A stretch of 32,000 nucleotides of DNA, taken from the NCBI RefSeq assembly GCF_018336915.1, contig NZ_CP064923.1, positions 2,640,001 to 2,672,000 of the forward strand, written 5' to 3'. Numbering within the stretch: position 1 is the stretch's first letter; every line of letters starts with the position of its first letter. The position numbers were made by a program, and so were the translations under genes. The notes beneath the pieces were generated by a model. That model did not search any database. It worked only from the letters and a program-made list of their open reading frames with translations, and was not told where the DNA came from. This DNA comes from Acaryochloris marina S15 (lineage in GTDB: Bacteria > Cyanobacteriota > Cyanobacteriia > Thermosynechococcales > Thermosynechococcaceae). Positions 1 to 8,196 of the stretch are shown one piece after another.

Positions 1-1791
1 GGGATGGAATCCAGCTTGGTGTAGGCAATCAATAATTTCATCTGTACTCAAGTTTTCTTCAGCACACTGTTCTAGTTTTTCACATAGTTGGGGATAGAAA
101 CTTAGCTGAGTCCAATGGGCAACCGGACGGGTAATTTGATCATGGGTGGAGTCCCCTCCTACCCACTCAATCACCACTTGAGCGTGTTCACTTTTGCCAA
201 TGATATTCACGCTGATGTTTTGAATCACTTGCCGAATAATTTCTTTGCGTTGAATTTGTGTAGTGGTTTCTGCTTTCCAAAGTGCAGGTAAATCTTCAGC
301 CAGTTGCCGAATGGCCTGTTTCTCATCAGCGGATAGTGATTGAGATTGCTGGGAACAGAAGCGGTTATACTCTTGTTGAAGATCTTGATGTGCTTGTAAT
401 TTGGCTTCCCAGTCTTGAGCTAATTGTCGAGCGACTAATCGATTTTCAGGTTCGACCAAACGATAATGTCGGCCTGCTCGTTCCGCTTCAAATGTAGCTC
501 GCTCCAAGCGGTGTTGCCAAAGCTGATTAAGCTCTAAATGGTCCTGCTCTAAATGCATCGTCGCAGCAAGTGCTAATTCTAAGGCCGCAGGTTTTAATGC
601 CTGCAACACTTGTTTGGAGACGTATATATCTAAACAAGGTCCTGACAAACTTTGACAGAGAACACCGCCATAATTGACAGCCTCTTGGCGGCAGACATAC
701 TGATGATGCCCCTTTTGTGGATAGTGGATCATCATATAGCTACCACATTTGCCACATCTGAGGAGGCCAGATAGCAGCGCTGTTCCTGGGCGTGCTACCC
801 CAACTTCCTTCGCACGGTTTCGATTAGATTGTAGTTGAGAGACATTCCGCTGGTATTGCTCCCAACCAATGTAAGCAGGATGATGGTCTTTAATTAATAC
901 CAACCAATTCTCAGGGGGTTGAACGACTGATCCCGTACGGGGACGTCCTGCTTTCTTTTTTCGAGGATCAATTTGTTTGCGACCATAAGCGTATGCCCCA
1001 GCATAAGCAGGGTTTTTCAGTAAGCACTGTAATGTTGCTCGAGTGGGTCGTCGCCACTCTAGATCACCTTTATGTGCACCAGATAGTACCCGGACTCCAA
1101 TTTGAATTTGATGGGTTACTAAATAGCGAAGAACACCGTGGAGTGTACCGAGGTCTTCAAATTTTCGGAAGATGAGTTTTACAATTTGCTGAGCCTGTTC
1201 GTCTGGGTCAAATTGAACGACTCCAGAAGGATGACGGACATAACCAATAGGCACGCTAAAGCCTAATTCTCCCCGTTGAGCTTTTGCGTGTTTGCCTTGA
1301 ACCAATCGCTGTTTGAGAATGTGGAGCTCTGCTTCACTCATGGTTCCTTTTAACCCCAACAGGAGACGGTCATTATACTGACTGGGATCATAGATGCCAT
1401 CAAGGTCTGCAATCAGCGTTCCGAACAAGGCACAAATTTCTAATAGTTGATGCCAGTCCTTAGATGAGCGAGCAAGACGCGACATCTCTATACCTAAGAT
1501 TAAGCCAACATGATTGAGGCCAACTTCAGTAACCAAGCGTTGAAAACCGACACGACCTTCAGCACTACTACCAGATTTGCCTAAATCATCATCAATGGTC
1601 AGCACTCTCTTGCGGTTCCAGCCCAAAGTCTCAGCACGATGGACCAAACCATATTGAAGTCGAGTCGATTCTTGATGATTCACCACTTGCTGTAAGGTTG
1701 ATTGACGTACATACACGATGGCTAACCGTTCTAGATGATGGGGCTGAAGTTTTTCTGATGTCCATATTCCTAGCTCAATCTTGGAGTTCAT
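1..1791 (-). CDS. Large serine recombinase (resolvase-type catalytic domain, recombinase domain, zinc ribbon, coiled coil). The C-terminus runs off the left window edge.
   Basis: Absent from the ORF track because it is open at the edge. My reverse-strand translation from ATG 1791..1789 reads MNSKIELGIWTSEKLQPHHLERLAIVYVRQSTLQQ...GRVGFQRLVTEV...IEMSRLARS...LKGTMSEAELHILKQRL...LLRCGKCGSYMMIHY...YVCRQ..., then long helical sequence. The YVRQS catalytic-Ser block and the CxxC..C zinc ribbon are typical of large serine recombinases. A strong SD (agggaggtgagca) precedes the ATG. Confidence 0.9.
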   Translation of the reverse strand, partial: MNSKIELGIWTSEKLQPHHLERLAIVYVRQSTLQQVVNHQESTRLQYGLVHRAETLGWNRKRVLTIDDDLGKSGSSAEGRVGFQRLVTEVGLNHVGLILGIEMSRLARSSKDWHQLLEICALFGTLIADLDGIYDPSQYNDRLLLGLKGTMSEAELHILKQRLVQGKHAKAQRGELGFSVPIGYVRHPSGVVQFDPDEQAQQIVKLIFRKFEDLGTLHGVLRYLVTHQIQIGVRVLSGAHKGDLEWRRPTRATLQCLLKNPAYAGAYAYGRKQIDPRKKKAGRPRTGSVVQPPENWLVLIKDHHPAYIGWEQYQRNVSQLQSNRNRAKEVGVARPGTALLSGLLRCGKCGSYMMIHYPQKGHHQYVCRQEAVNYGGVLCQSLSGPCLDIYVSKQVLQALKPAALELALAATMHLEQDHLELNQLWQHRLERATFEAERAGRHYRLVEPENRLVARQLAQDWEAKLQAHQDLQQEYNRFCSQQSQSLSADEKQAIRQLAEDLPALWKAETTTQIQRKEIIRQVIQNISVNIIGKSEHAQVVIEWVGGDSTHDQITRPVAHWTQLSFYPQLCEKLEQCAEENLSTDEIIDCLHQAGFHP

Positions 1792-2003
1792 TGCTCACCT
1801 CCCTCTGTTTTTGGGCCACCATCTGGCTCTTTAACATCTGACTGAGGATACAGACTAATCGCTGGCGTTTGGGATGAGGCAAGCTTAGCCACAGATTCTC
1901 TGTTTTTAGAAAATTTGACGGGGGGACTCGTTTCGCTCTGACATTCGCAACCTTCTTGTTGAGCTGATAAGTGATTTGCTTTCATTCTGGCAACTAGCTT
2001 CAC
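1788..2003 (-). CDS. Small hypothetical ORF (71 aa) overlapping the recombinase start
   Basis: Its TGA (1790..1788) overlaps the recombinase ATG (1791..1789) in an ATGA arrangement. No recognisable motif. It may simply be leader sequence carrying the recombinase SD. Confidence 0.2.
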   Translation of the reverse strand: MKLVARMKANHLSAQQEGCECQSETSPPVKFSKNRESVAKLASSQTPAISLYPQSDVKEPDGGPKTEGGEQ

Positions 2004-2062
2004 TAATTGCAGTAACCCCTTTATTCCGATAATTGGGCAGGCGATACGGTGTGTTTGTATAG

Positions 2063-2343
2063 GGGTTTTATGGCTGGCAGACTGAGCGGCTTTTCGCGCA
2101 ACTCAAGAAGACGGGGTTAGATCTTGAATCGACGCAACTCGAATCGGGTGAAGCAATTCAGCGCCTCACCGTCTTAGCCTTATCGGTTGCGATTGCGACA
2201 TTGCAAATGGTGGAAGGACGAGGCGAGCCACAATGGCCTGCATCTATCACTTTTACCGATGAACAGCAGCAATACCTGAAACAAATTGCCCCCACAGTCC
2301 AAGGTAAAACTACAAAGCTACAAAATCCTTATCCGATTAACTC
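2063..2343 (+). pseudogene. C-terminal relic of an IS4/Tn5(IS50)-type DDE transposase, cut by the IS1-family element
   Basis: Translation reads FYGWQTERLFAQLKKTGLDLESTQLESGEAIQRLTVLALSVAIATLQMVEG...KLQNPYPINS. This matches the Y-x-R-W-x-I-E-x-x-F-x-x-L-K..G....E..QL block around the catalytic Glu of IS4/Tn5-type transposases. A stop at 2060..2062 leaves no N-terminal part. A degenerate, frame-broken continuation follows at 3247..3333. Confidence 0.5.
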
Positions 2344-2407
2344 GGTCGTGCCTCAAGTAATTGTGGGTTGAGTATACTAGAGGCTCAGCTCAGCTTCTAA
2401 CCTACCC

Positions 2408-2785
2408 ATGCAATGCCCACTATGCGGTCATTCCAAAGCACACAAGCATGGCAAGATGCCCAACATGCTTCAACGATACCGTTGTCCTGAGTGCCAGCAG
2501 ACCTTTACTGAACGCTTTGATACCCTTTACTATCGTCGTCAGGTGAGTCCAGAGCAGGTCCGACAAGTCCTCCAAGCCCATGCAGAAGGGAGTAGTCTTC
2601 GAGGTATCACTCGGACCAGTGGCCTGGCTTACAACACTGTAGTCTCTCTAGTAAGAGCTGCTAGCCAACGATCTCAGCAACTCCATAATGGTCAAGTGCA
2701 AGCCGTTGAAACGGAGGATGTCAGTGCAGATGAAATGTGGTCCTTTGTGAAAAAAAGCAAAAACACTGTCTTCCCCATGAGCTAG
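2408..2785 (+). CDS. insA: IS1-family InsA-like protein (zinc finger plus HTH); upstream frame of the InsAB fusion
   Basis: MQCPLCGHSKAHKHGK...YRCPECQQTF is a CxxC...CxxC zinc finger followed by an HTH-like region. The frame ends shortly after the A7 run. ...DEMWSFVKK resembles the IS1 frameshift window. Confidence 0.8.
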   Translation: MQCPLCGHSKAHKHGKMPNMLQRYRCPECQQTFTERFDTLYYRRQVSPEQVRQVLQAHAEGSSLRGITRTSGLAYNTVVSLVRAASQRSQQLHNGQVQAVETEDVSADEMWSFVKKSKNTVFPMS

Positions 2786-3237
2786 AGATGGGTGATTGTT
2801 GGATGGCGATTACCTTGGCAAACACAAGCGGCGTGATCCTCTCGTGTCGTGTGGGCAAGCACACCGATTCATTATTGAATGAACTGGTGACTAGCACTGA
2901 AGGTAAGACCGATTGCAAGGACTGGAATAGCGACGATTGGGGGGGGTACGAAAGAGTGTTGCCTTGGGAGATTGACCATTACATTGGCAAGGACAGAACT
3001 CAACGACTCGAACGCACCAATGGCATTATTCGACAGCACAGTGGTCGATGGCATCGACGCCAGAACAAATTTGGCAAAGTGTGGGCGCAAACCAAAGTCA
3101 CTGCTCGATTAGTGGTCAGCTATTTCAATTGGATTTGGACACACAGTCGGCTTAAAACAACGGCGGCACAACGTGCTGATCTAGCCTCGCGAGCTTGGCA
3201 TTGGGATGACATACTCACCTACCCCACAATTGTTTGA
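2737..3237 (+). CDS. insB: IS1-family InsB frame (DDE catalytic part), expressed as InsAB by -1 frameshift
   Basis: This frame is -1 relative to insA. A fusion at the A-run gives ...DEMWSFVKKKQKHCLPHE..CWMAITL..., followed by WNSDDWGGYERVLP and ...TNGIIRQHSGRWHRRQNKF, typical of IS1 InsB. Confidence 0.8.
   Translation: MVLCEKKQKHCLPHELEMGDCWMAITLANTSGVILSCRVGKHTDSLLNELVTSTEGKTDCKDWNSDDWGGYERVLPWEIDHYIGKDRTQRLERTNGIIRQHSGRWHRRQNKFGKVWAQTKVTARLVVSYFNWIWTHSRLKTTAAQRADLASRAWHWDDILTYPTIV
2750..2756 (+). promoter_or_regulatory. A7 slippery run: predicted -1 programmed frameshift site of the IS1-family transposase
   Basis: The sequence is gtg aaa aaa agc in the insA frame and gaa aaa aag caa in the insB frame. 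This is the same logic as the A6C site of IS1. Confidence 0.7.
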
Positions 3238-3333
3238 TGCACGACCACTCGATTCACTCAATGGGGAGGTAGGAGTATCGTTTTCAACCCAAGCAATGGA
3301 GATGCACAAATGACCCATCAAATAACCTGCTAG

Positions 3334-3400
3334 TAAGGAGTAGAGTGACTTACTGCACTCTATCAGATTATTCCTTAAACCCAGACCTTTTGAACGCTAA
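3334..3400. repeat. Copy 1 of a 67-bp direct repeat
   Basis: TAAGGAGTAGAGTGACTTACTGCACTCTATCAGATTATTCCTTAAACCCAGACCTTTTGAACGCTAA differs from 4914..4980 at 3 of 67 positions. It contains a small hairpin, TAGAGTG-8 nt-CACTCTA. Confidence 0.9.
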
Positions 3401-3408
3401 CTAGTACC

Positions 3409-3551
3409 ATGACTTGGAAGGGTAATCACCCCGTTATAACTTTGACAAATAAGTGTTATGAAACAGGGATTTCACTCACTCAAAAAGCAATGAAAGGCAT
3501 TGAGAAACGATTAGAGAGACATCCTCAATTACCCAAGTGGGACATCCTAAT
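3409..3551 (+). pseudogene. C-terminal tail fragment of a DDE transposase (possibly ISAzo13-like), interrupted by the IS4-family element
   Basis: Reads MTWKGNHPVITLTNKCYETGISLTQKAMKGIEKRLERHPQLPKWDILI. After removing 3552..4873 the frame continues ...DILIHPI-stop (4884..4886). The pattern K.Y..GI.L....M......LPKW..I.P recalls the tails of ISAzo13-type transposases. That family call is from memory and weak. Confidence 0.4.
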
Positions 3552-4864
3552 CTGCCTGCCTGACATAAGTACCTAAAAACCTTTATTTAAGAGACTTTCG
3601 GGAGAAAGGTGAAGAGGACATGTGAAGCTAGATTCAACCAAAAATCAGCTTTGCCCACATGTCTAACTCCACCCCAATTTATAGTCAACTTTTCTCCTTT
3701 CTGCGTCAATACAGCCATTACCGAGATCTGCGTCATCTCATTGCTCTTGCGTGGATGGTGAGCGCATTAATCTGTAGTGGTCAATTAAGCTTGTCTGCCT
3801 GGGAATCTTATGTTCCGAGTCGAGCTAAAAAAGCCCAGAGTGTCGAGCGTCGCTGGCAACGATTTATATCCAATAAACGCATTGATATCAACAAACTATA
3901 TGTGCCTCTGGTCCTGCTAGCGCTCAAGGATTGGCAATCCCATCGTCTTTATCTGGCGTTGGATACCACGGTTTTGTGGAATCAATATTGCATGATTCAT
4001 CTATCGGTCGTCTGCTGTGGCAGAGCAGTGCCGTTTTTATGGCTGGTGTTAGAGCATAAGAGTGCAGCAGTAGCATTTGAGGAATATCAACCGCTACTGC
4101 GACGAGCCCGTTGGTTATTACGGCAGCATCCAGATGTGATGCTGCTGGCAGATCGTGGTTTTGCTAATCATCAACTGATGAGCTGGTTACAGCAGAGCCA
4201 TTGGCATTACTGCTTGCGTATCCCTTGTGATGTCATCCTCCATGGTCCACGTCGATGTCCAAGAGAAGTCCGCAGGCTGTGGCCATCTAAAGGTGAAGCA
4301 GTCTTGTATCGGAATGTGGGTCTTTGGGAAGATGGTATATATCGCTGCGATCTAGTGCTGGCAAATATCCGAGGCGTGAAAGAGCCATGGGCTGTGATTA
4401 CTGATGAATCACCCACTCTACAGACCTTGTGGCAATATGCTTTGAGGTTTCGGGTGGAGGAATTATTTCTCGATAGCAAATCTGGAGCTTTTGAACTGGA
4501 AGAATCAAAAATTCGCTGTGCTGATGCCCTTGAACGGCTTTACTTGGTCGCTGCAGTAGCATTGCTTTTTAGCACCACTCACGGGATGGCTGTTCAAATT
4601 GAAGGACTGCGTGAGCAAGTGGATCCACATTGGCGACGGGGAATCAGTTATCTCAAAATTGGACTGCGATGGCTCCAGGGGGTCGTCAATAAAGGGCGTC
4701 CATTGTTAATGCCAGTTCCCCTACTTATTAATGACCCACAACTGTGTTTTGCATCCAAGAAAGCTCGAAAGAAGTACTACGATAAAATCTGGTTCTCTCG
4801 AATTCGCTCGTTACAGTGCAAAACCATATAGAGATAGCGATACAGAGATGTGTCAGGCGAGCAG
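3552..4864 (+). mobile_element. IS4/IS701-like insertion sequence (1313 bp) with a 9-bp target-site duplication
   Basis: A perfect 9-bp direct repeat, CATCCTAAT, lies at 3543..3551 and 4865..4873. Terminal inverted repeats are CTGCCTGCCTGACATA (3552 onward) against the reverse complement of the right end, CTGCTCGCCTGACACA (13 of 16 match). A single DDE transposase ORF lies inside. Confidence 0.85.
3659..4831 (+). CDS. DDE transposase, IS4/IS701-like
   Basis: 390 aa. The D..D..E candidates are LALDTTV, MLLADRGFANH and YALRFRVEELFLDSKSG, the last being the Y-x-x-R-x-x-I/V-E-x-x-F-x-x-x-K signature. Confidence 0.9.
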   Translation: MSNSTPIYSQLFSFLRQYSHYRDLRHLIALAWMVSALICSGQLSLSAWESYVPSRAKKAQSVERRWQRFISNKRIDINKLYVPLVLLALKDWQSHRLYLALDTTVLWNQYCMIHLSVVCCGRAVPFLWLVLEHKSAAVAFEEYQPLLRRARWLLRQHPDVMLLADRGFANHQLMSWLQQSHWHYCLRIPCDVILHGPRRCPREVRRLWPSKGEAVLYRNVGLWEDGIYRCDLVLANIRGVKEPWAVITDESPTLQTLWQYALRFRVEELFLDSKSGAFELEESKIRCADALERLYLVAAVALLFSTTHGMAVQIEGLREQVDPHWRRGISYLKIGLRWLQGVVNKGRPLLMPVPLLINDPQLCFASKKARKKYYDKIWFSRIRSLQCKTI

Positions 4865-4913
4865 CATCCTAATTCATCCGATTTAGTACGGAACTTCTTT
4901 TCAGGAAATCACC

Positions 4914-4980
4914 TAAGGAGTAGAGTGACCTACTGCACTCTATCAAATTGTTCCTTAAACCCAGACCTTTTGAACGCTAA
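4914..4980. repeat. Copy 2 of the 67-bp direct repeat
   Basis: 64 of 67 positions identical to 3334..3400. It starts 27 nt after the reconstructed stop of the transposase-tail fragment. Confidence 0.9.
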
Positions 4981-5863
4981 TCCCAGTTACGATGCTTACC
5001 ACTGCGTTCAAGCATTTTGTAAACTTAGTTAACGTGAATTGTCTGAAGAATATAATTTCATGATATATAAATAATTACAGACATGAACCAACTGTTGTTC
5101 CCCACTTCATAAAAAATCGTATCAATAAGGAACTTAATTTACCAATGTAAGTAATTTCTACAAGGATACTCTTCAAAAACATAGGACATTGGTCCCTTAA
5201 GAAGAGATTGATTTCCTTAACCAATATTCAATAGGTACTTGCATTTATTTTCTCCACTAATTCTGAAGTATATAGAAAAAAGAGTTTTGAACTTATAGTT
5301 TCTGCTAAAAGGGCAGTACCTAAAAATAATACTTCCCTTAAATATTAAAGATAAAGAGAATTCAAGTGATTTCTCTGACTTAGGTTCTGGTTACTATTAA
5401 AAGTAGACCAAATACTCTTTTTTAATCACTACAAATATTTTTAGACTATGCAGACTAATTTTTCTAAGCTCTTAATTTTTTCCGAATATAGATGAAATAA
5501 ATATCTTTGTAAGCTTTTTCTATAATTAGCCATTGTAGTTCTTGAAATGGTAATTATATTCTTAGTTTTATACTATAGCTTGCCCTAATCAAAATATACA
5601 AACACATCTTCTTCTCTCATAAAGTTCTCAAGATAAAAGCTCATTATTTTCTAAATGTCCTAAATGGGATAGTTTTATCCCTAGCGGCTAAATTTTTCCG
5701 TTTCTATTGAAAAGCTGACTTTAAATATACTTTAATTAACAATATAAATATATATTTACCATAATTTTGAAGTTTCTTTTTGGGATTTTTAACCCTGAAG
5801 TAAGAGTTTTTTCGATAAGACTTACAAAGTATCATTCATATTTTTTCGCTAGGACAAATTGAT

Positions 5864-6088
5864 ATGACAACTGAAAAAAAACTTAAAAACTCTTTCCTAG
5901 CAAAAATCTTTATACAGAAGCATAATTTTCGGTCTGATAATTTGAATAGACCTCTTAATTATTTTAATAAAGTTGAATCCAGTTATTTAAGTAATAAATC
6001 CAACTCTATTAATAATAAAAATCTAGATATTTCTTGGCTAGAGATTGATTTTGATAATACTGACTTAGAAGAAGGAGGCCGAATTTAG
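5864..6088 (+). CDS. Hypothetical Asn/Lys-rich 74-aa ORF in AT-rich DNA
   Basis: The only ORF of 60 aa or more in the roughly 1.1-kb AT-rich stretch. Its composition looks driven by AT bias, and the SD (agga) is weak. It may not be a gene. Confidence 0.2.
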   Translation: MTTEKKLKNSFLAKIFIQKHNFRSDNLNRPLNYFNKVESSYLSNKSNSINNKNLDISWLEIDFDNTDLEEGGRI

Positions 6089-6200
6089 TGAGAATATTAA
6101 ACTTAATCGAAAATAGCATAAATCTTGCTACATAAGGCTTTGAGAGAATATCCAAAATTAACCACAACTACTTTCTGTTTAAGGCTTTGAGGGGGGCGTA

Positions 6201-6327
6201 GTAGGGAGCATGTCACCTTTGCAGATGCACAAAATTTGGAATTAAAAATTTGATGTCCGAAAGCAAAGCTAGCAAGGTTTTTGAAATGAGTATAAATACT
6301 AGCTTGCAAAGGTGACATGCTCCCTAC
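6201..6327. mobile_element. MITE (127 bp) derived from the ISKra4-like element that ends at 11117
   Basis: Perfect 23-bp terminal inverted repeats, GTAGGGAGCATGTCACCTTTGCA at 6201..6223 and its reverse complement at 6305..6327, enclose 81 bp of non-coding AT-rich DNA. The inner 20 nt (TGCAAAGGTGACATGCTCCC) are identical to 11098..11117. Confidence 0.75.
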
Positions 6328-6582
6328 AAGGACCACAGCAAAGCCAGGGTTATCCCTTCAGTACTCTGCTTATTCAACTGTTCTTGAGCATCACTGGAGC
6401 CTAGGCTCGATATGAAGAGACTTATTGGAATACTACAGATTATTTGATGGCAGAGCTGTTTCAAATTCATGAGAATAAATCTGGTGCTACCATGCTTGCT
6501 GGTAGCTATACTTACCTGTCCACTTTTTTGGGTGAAGGACACTTATTGTATTGATACATTGAAAAAGCAGTGAAGGGGAGCA

Positions 6583-7050
6583 ATGAAAACAATAGAATTC
6601 CCACTCTATCTCGACTCATCACAACAAACCAAAGTTACTGAGTGGATGGATACTCTTAAACATGTCTTCAACCGAGGCATAGCTCTGTTGGAGTGGCGGC
6701 AGTTTTACAACCGACTGCAAAAAGTCCTTGAGGTTGACCCAGATTATTGCACCCCTGTCCAACTCAACGTCACTAAAGTTGGAGATGAGTGGTCAATGTC
6801 TTGCGATTGTAGTATCAAGGCTCGCATTGACAAGACCAAATCCTGGGATGGGGCGAATATTGAGTATCGACCTGCTTGTACTCTGGTCAAGCCCCATTGG
6901 TTTACAGAACCCCTTACCACTGGCTATAGCGCCGTAGACCTGCGTAAACCATTTGCCCGCAAGCGCTACGACAAACTAGGTGATATCCCCCAGGTCTATG
7001 TTAATGACTTCATCAGCCTGGTCGTCACTAAAGCCTGGGCCAACTATTTA
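6583..7050 (+). pseudogene. N-terminal part (156 codons) of a TnpB/Cas12-like gene disrupted by IS630-family insertion
   Basis: MKTIEFPLYLDSSQQTKVTEWMDTLKHVFNRGIALLEW resembles the TnpB N-terminus (AYKFRLYPNxEQ...N.AL). The part ends ...VVTKAWANYL at the insertion point. SD gaagggga lies upstream of the ATG. Confidence 0.75.
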
Positions 7051-8196
7051 TACCAAATCCGACTTATTAACCCCTGAAATATCTCATCGGTCAAACTGGC
7101 CACCAATGGTAGTAAGTGAGAGCTTTAATGTCTGATTGCATGGTCATTAAAGTTCGACAGCGCTCCTCGAGCACATCTTCGAGAGCATCGAGGGTCTCAA
7201 AGCATCGATTGGCGATTGGTTCATCCGCTAGCCGCCACAATCGTTCAGCGGGCTGTAGTTCTGGAGAATAGGGAGGTAAAACCTTCAGATGAATGCCTTT
7301 AGGTACCACCAGATTTTTACAGGTATGCCATCCTGCACCATCTAGAACGAGAAGAATCTGTTTGTGCTGTCCCGCTCCAACTTGCTGAGCAAAGCTTTGC
7401 AGGGCTTGATTAAACCATTCTCCATTCACCCGAGGCAGAATGAACCATTCAGTGTCGCCTGTTGCGGGGTGAACGAATCCATAAAGATAGGCCCATTCGT
7501 AGCGATGGTCCACCTCAGCAATCGGACGCTGACCTACAGGTGCCCAGATCTTTCGAATGATGGGTTTAAGGCCTAAGCGGTGTTCATCAAAAGACCACAC
7601 TTCGACTTGAGCATCAGGATAGCGTCGCTCCAATTCTGCTTTGCACTCAGGCAGTTTTTTTAAAGGCGGCTTGTGCCTCTGGGTCGCCTTTACGATGATG
7701 AGGACGTGGGCATTGAAGGGACTGCTCCAATCGCTTGAGATAGTCCCAACCTCGTTGGGGCCAAACCTTCTCAACTCCTGTCATTTGGGCGATGACCTGT
7801 GCTACTTTTGGCCCGTTCCATAGACCACCGTCGGCAGGTGGGGTTTGGAGACGAGTCGACAATTGTGCACATTGGTCTTGAGTCAGGAGACTGCGAGATT
7901 GGTAAGGTCGTTTATCTTTGCGTCGGTTGCGTAATCCATTAGCTCCATTGCGGTTATACTCTCTAACAATTTCTCGGGCGTAATCGTAGTTGAGACCGAC
8001 CACTTGGGCTGCTTGAGTTAGCTTTGTTTGCTCACTGACGAGCCACAGCAGATGCCAGCGGCGCGATTCTACTGGGTCTTGGCTGGCCCGATAATGAGAC
8101 TTCAGCTCCTCAGGCGAAAAATGAGGTTCGAGATACAGTTTTCTTGGCATTCTCTAATTATGAATTATATCGGAGTTATATAAATCGGATTTGGTA
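7051..8196 (-). mobile_element. IS630/Tc1-mariner-family insertion sequence (about 1.14 kb) inserted at a TA within the TnpB-like gene
   Basis: Terminal inverted repeats: TACCAAATCCGACTTAT (7051 onward) against the reverse complement of the right end, TACCAAATCCGATTTAT (16 of 17 match). The ends are TA...TA, and a flanking TTA occurs on both sides (7048..7050 and 8197..8199), so the duplication is either TA or TTA. Confidence 0.85.
7091..8150 (-). CDS. IS630-family DDE transposase, split into two frames at an A7 run
   Basis: The N-terminal frame (7647..8150) is HTH-rich and ends ...DPEAQAAFKKTA-stop. The C-terminal frame (7091..7774) reads ...LKKLPECKAELERR... with FDEHRLGL, LVLDGAGWH and PPYSPELQPAERLW (D, D, E). 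The two frames join at the run 7655..7661. Confidence 0.85.

Larger units (their letters stand above)
2344..3246 (+). mobile_element. IS1-family insertion sequence (903 bp)
   Basis: Imperfect terminal inverted repeats: GGTCGTGCCTCAAGTAATTGTGGGTTGAG at 2344 onward, against the reverse complement of the 3246 end, GGTCGTGCATCAAACAATTGTGGGGTAGG. It has an insA/insB two-frame organisation with an A7 slippery run. A possible 4-bp ACTC duplication lies at 2340..2343 and 3247..3250. Confidence 0.85.

Noticed and set aside
4850-5032. 60-aa ORF downstream of the IS4-family element.
   Set aside because: It is made up largely of the IS target duplication, the 67-bp repeat and flank. The equivalent frame at repeat copy 1 is closed.
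5033-6100. A CRISPR array or leader in the AT-rich non-coding stretches, including 11118..12258 and 12880..13318.
   Set aside because: There is no regularly spaced repeat of 24-40 nt, only scattered short AT-rich similarities expected from the composition.
6103-6542. Minus-strand ORFs 6103..6336 and 6324..6542.
   Set aside because: They run through the MITE and its inverted repeats and through non-coding flank. Neither has a motif, and both are most likely chance frames.
7051-8196. A simple TA target duplication for the IS630-family element, with the element taken as 7053..8194.
   Set aside because: Removing the element and one TA leaves ...TAT TTA TAT TAG, a stop, and puts the downstream TnpB-like part out of frame. 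Only removal of 7051..8196 or 7051..8199 restores the frame. I therefore report the duplication as ambiguous (TA or TTA) rather than asserting TA.
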